A DNA stretch of 61,199 bases, counting the filler. It is 9 parts of 9 records of this genome, joined end to end, with 100 filler letters (N's around TTAATTAATTAA, not from the genome) between each part and the next. Parts side by side here need not be neighbours in the genome. Positions count along the whole stretch, not along the records: positions 55,280 to 61,199 come from SRR31156797_119184; 8 more parts are not named here. One strand, 5' to 3'. Both the position numbers and the translations under genes were made by a program. This document shows positions 60,196 through 61,199 of this stretch, piece by piece. A model generated the notes under the pieces. It made no database searches and was not told the origin of the DNA. It worked only from the letters and a program-made list of their open reading frames with translations. Position 1 is the stretch's first letter; every line of letters starts with the position of its first letter.

Positions 60196-61198
60196 TACCC
60201 CTCATCTGTTCAGCCTGGGCACTCATTTCTTCCGAGGCCGCAGCGGACTCCTGTGCGCCGGCCGCGTTCTGCTGTACAACCCTGTCCATTTCACCCACCG
60301 CTGTATTGATCTGTTCAATCCCCTGTGCCTGTTCGGTGGAAGCTGCTGAAATTTCACCCACCAGCGCACCTACCTTTTCAGCACTTACGGACATCCGTGA
60401 AAACGCATGGTTCGTTCTCCCCACAAGCGCTGTACCGTTATTGATCAGTTTCACGTTTCCCTGAATCAAAACGGAAGTATTTTTTGCGGCATCAGCCGCT
60501 CGCATGGCCAGGTTTCTCACTTCATCGGCAACAACCGCAAACCCGGCACCCGCTTCACCCGCCCGGGCCGCTTCCACCGCTGCATTCAATGCCAACAGGT
60601 TCGTTTGAAAAGCGATTTCATCGATTGTTTTAATAATTTTGGAAGTCTCATCGCTGGCTTTTGAAATATCTTCCATGGACGATGAAAGCGCGCACATGGC
60701 ATCATTGGCCTCTTCAACAACATGGTTGGCGTCTTGCATCAGTTTATCCGCCTCATTGGCGTTATCAGCGTTCTGGTGTGTCATGGAAGCCATCTCTTCA
60801 AGTGACGCGCTGGTCTCTTCTATTGAGGAAGCCTGTTGGGATGCGCCTTCGGCAAATGTTTGCGCGGAAGATGACACCTCACCGGATGCCGAAGAAACCT
60901 GGCCCGAAGCCTCGTACATGCCGTTAATGGTTCGCTGGATCGGCATCACAACGCTTCGGCGGATGAAAAAACAGGCCCCTGCCAATATGAACACCAGCAC
61001 GCCCAGGGTGGAAACTGCCATCAATTCGATGACGTTTCTGATCTTTTGCTGAATTTCGCTTTTTACGGCCCCAACCTCCGCCAGTGTTTCGGAGGCGGCG
61101 GCCTGTAACCGTCCTTCCAGATCCCGGCTTTTAGCACCCACAAGGGTTTCAATATCATCAATATACATGCCCGTACCGATAATCCACCCCCACGGTTT
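60158..61198 (-). CDS. Methyl-accepting chemotaxis protein, 5'-truncated
   Basis: Cache tail [14 protein letters not shown], a TM helix, and [34 protein letters not shown]. Confidence 0.95.
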   Translation of the reverse strand, partial: KPWGWIIGTGMYIDDIETLVGAKSRDLEGRLQAAASETLAEVGAVKSEIQQKIRNVIELMAVSTLGVLVFILAGACFFIRRSVVMPIQRTINGMYEASGQVSSASGEVSSSAQTFAEGASQQASSIEETSASLEEMASMTHQNADNANEADKLMQDANHVVEEANDAMCALSSSMEDISKASDETSKIIKTIDEIAFQTNLLALNAAVEAARAGEAGAGFAVVADEVRNLAMRAADAAKNTSVLIQGNVKLINNGTALVGRTNHAFSRMSVSAEKVGALVGEISAASTEQAQGIEQINTAVGEMDRVVQQNAAGAQESAAASEEMSAQAEQMRGIIGDLAAMVHAP

Positions 61199-61199
61199 A

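Noticed and set aside
1..61199. A window-wide lipid system combining pfa/ole, ols, fabH and the acyl-CoA operon
   Set aside because: These genes are on different contigs from apparently different organisms, so no linkage can be inferred.

Overview
The window is not one genome. It is nine unrelated contigs joined by artificial 100-nt linkers (44 N + TTAATTAATTAA + 44 N), so gene neighbourhoods only hold within a contig. Taxonomic labels below are inferred from gene content and sequence style. (1) 1-5594, Desulfobacterota-like: PfaBC-type PUFA synthase fragment followed by oleB and oleC. (2) 5695-17608, GC-rich alphaproteobacterium: olsA/olsB with a Pho-box array, hbd, etfAB, pduO, aminopeptidase P, a DUF1127 gene with a CCUCC 3' hairpin, tlpA and argH. 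(3) 17709-23174, AT-rich FCB-type bacterium: Cache and DUF4440 lipoproteins, a secreted VIT-VWA protein, EFR1 flavodoxin, a ferredoxin, and intergenic 7/8-mer arrays with REP-like hairpins. (4) 23275-31130, Desulfobacterota-like: marR, rluA, fabH, hemA, ccsA, sirC, and gpmI flanked by GACACCCA repeats. (5) 31231-36554, planctomycete-like glycan locus. (6) 36655-43841, acyl-CoA synthetase/Liv-type ABC/TetR/crotonase operon. (7) 43942-49452, planctomycete-like: two UroD-superfamily genes divergent from a pectate lyase and a GH138-like enzyme. (8) 49553-55179, Methanosarcinales-like archaeon: pheA tail and a MoxR-DUF58-VWA operon. (9) 55280-61199, IS4 element, collapsed SNF2 remnant, htpG, murI and an MCP. 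I found no rRNA, tRNA or CRISPR array. I cannot show a wholly new system. The best leads are the pfa-ole linkage, the DUF1127 3'-UTR RNA, the inverted heptamer arrays, the GACACCCA repeats and leader around gpmI, the UroD/pectin locus and the nested-domain membrane protein. All family calls come from motif recognition, not database searches.
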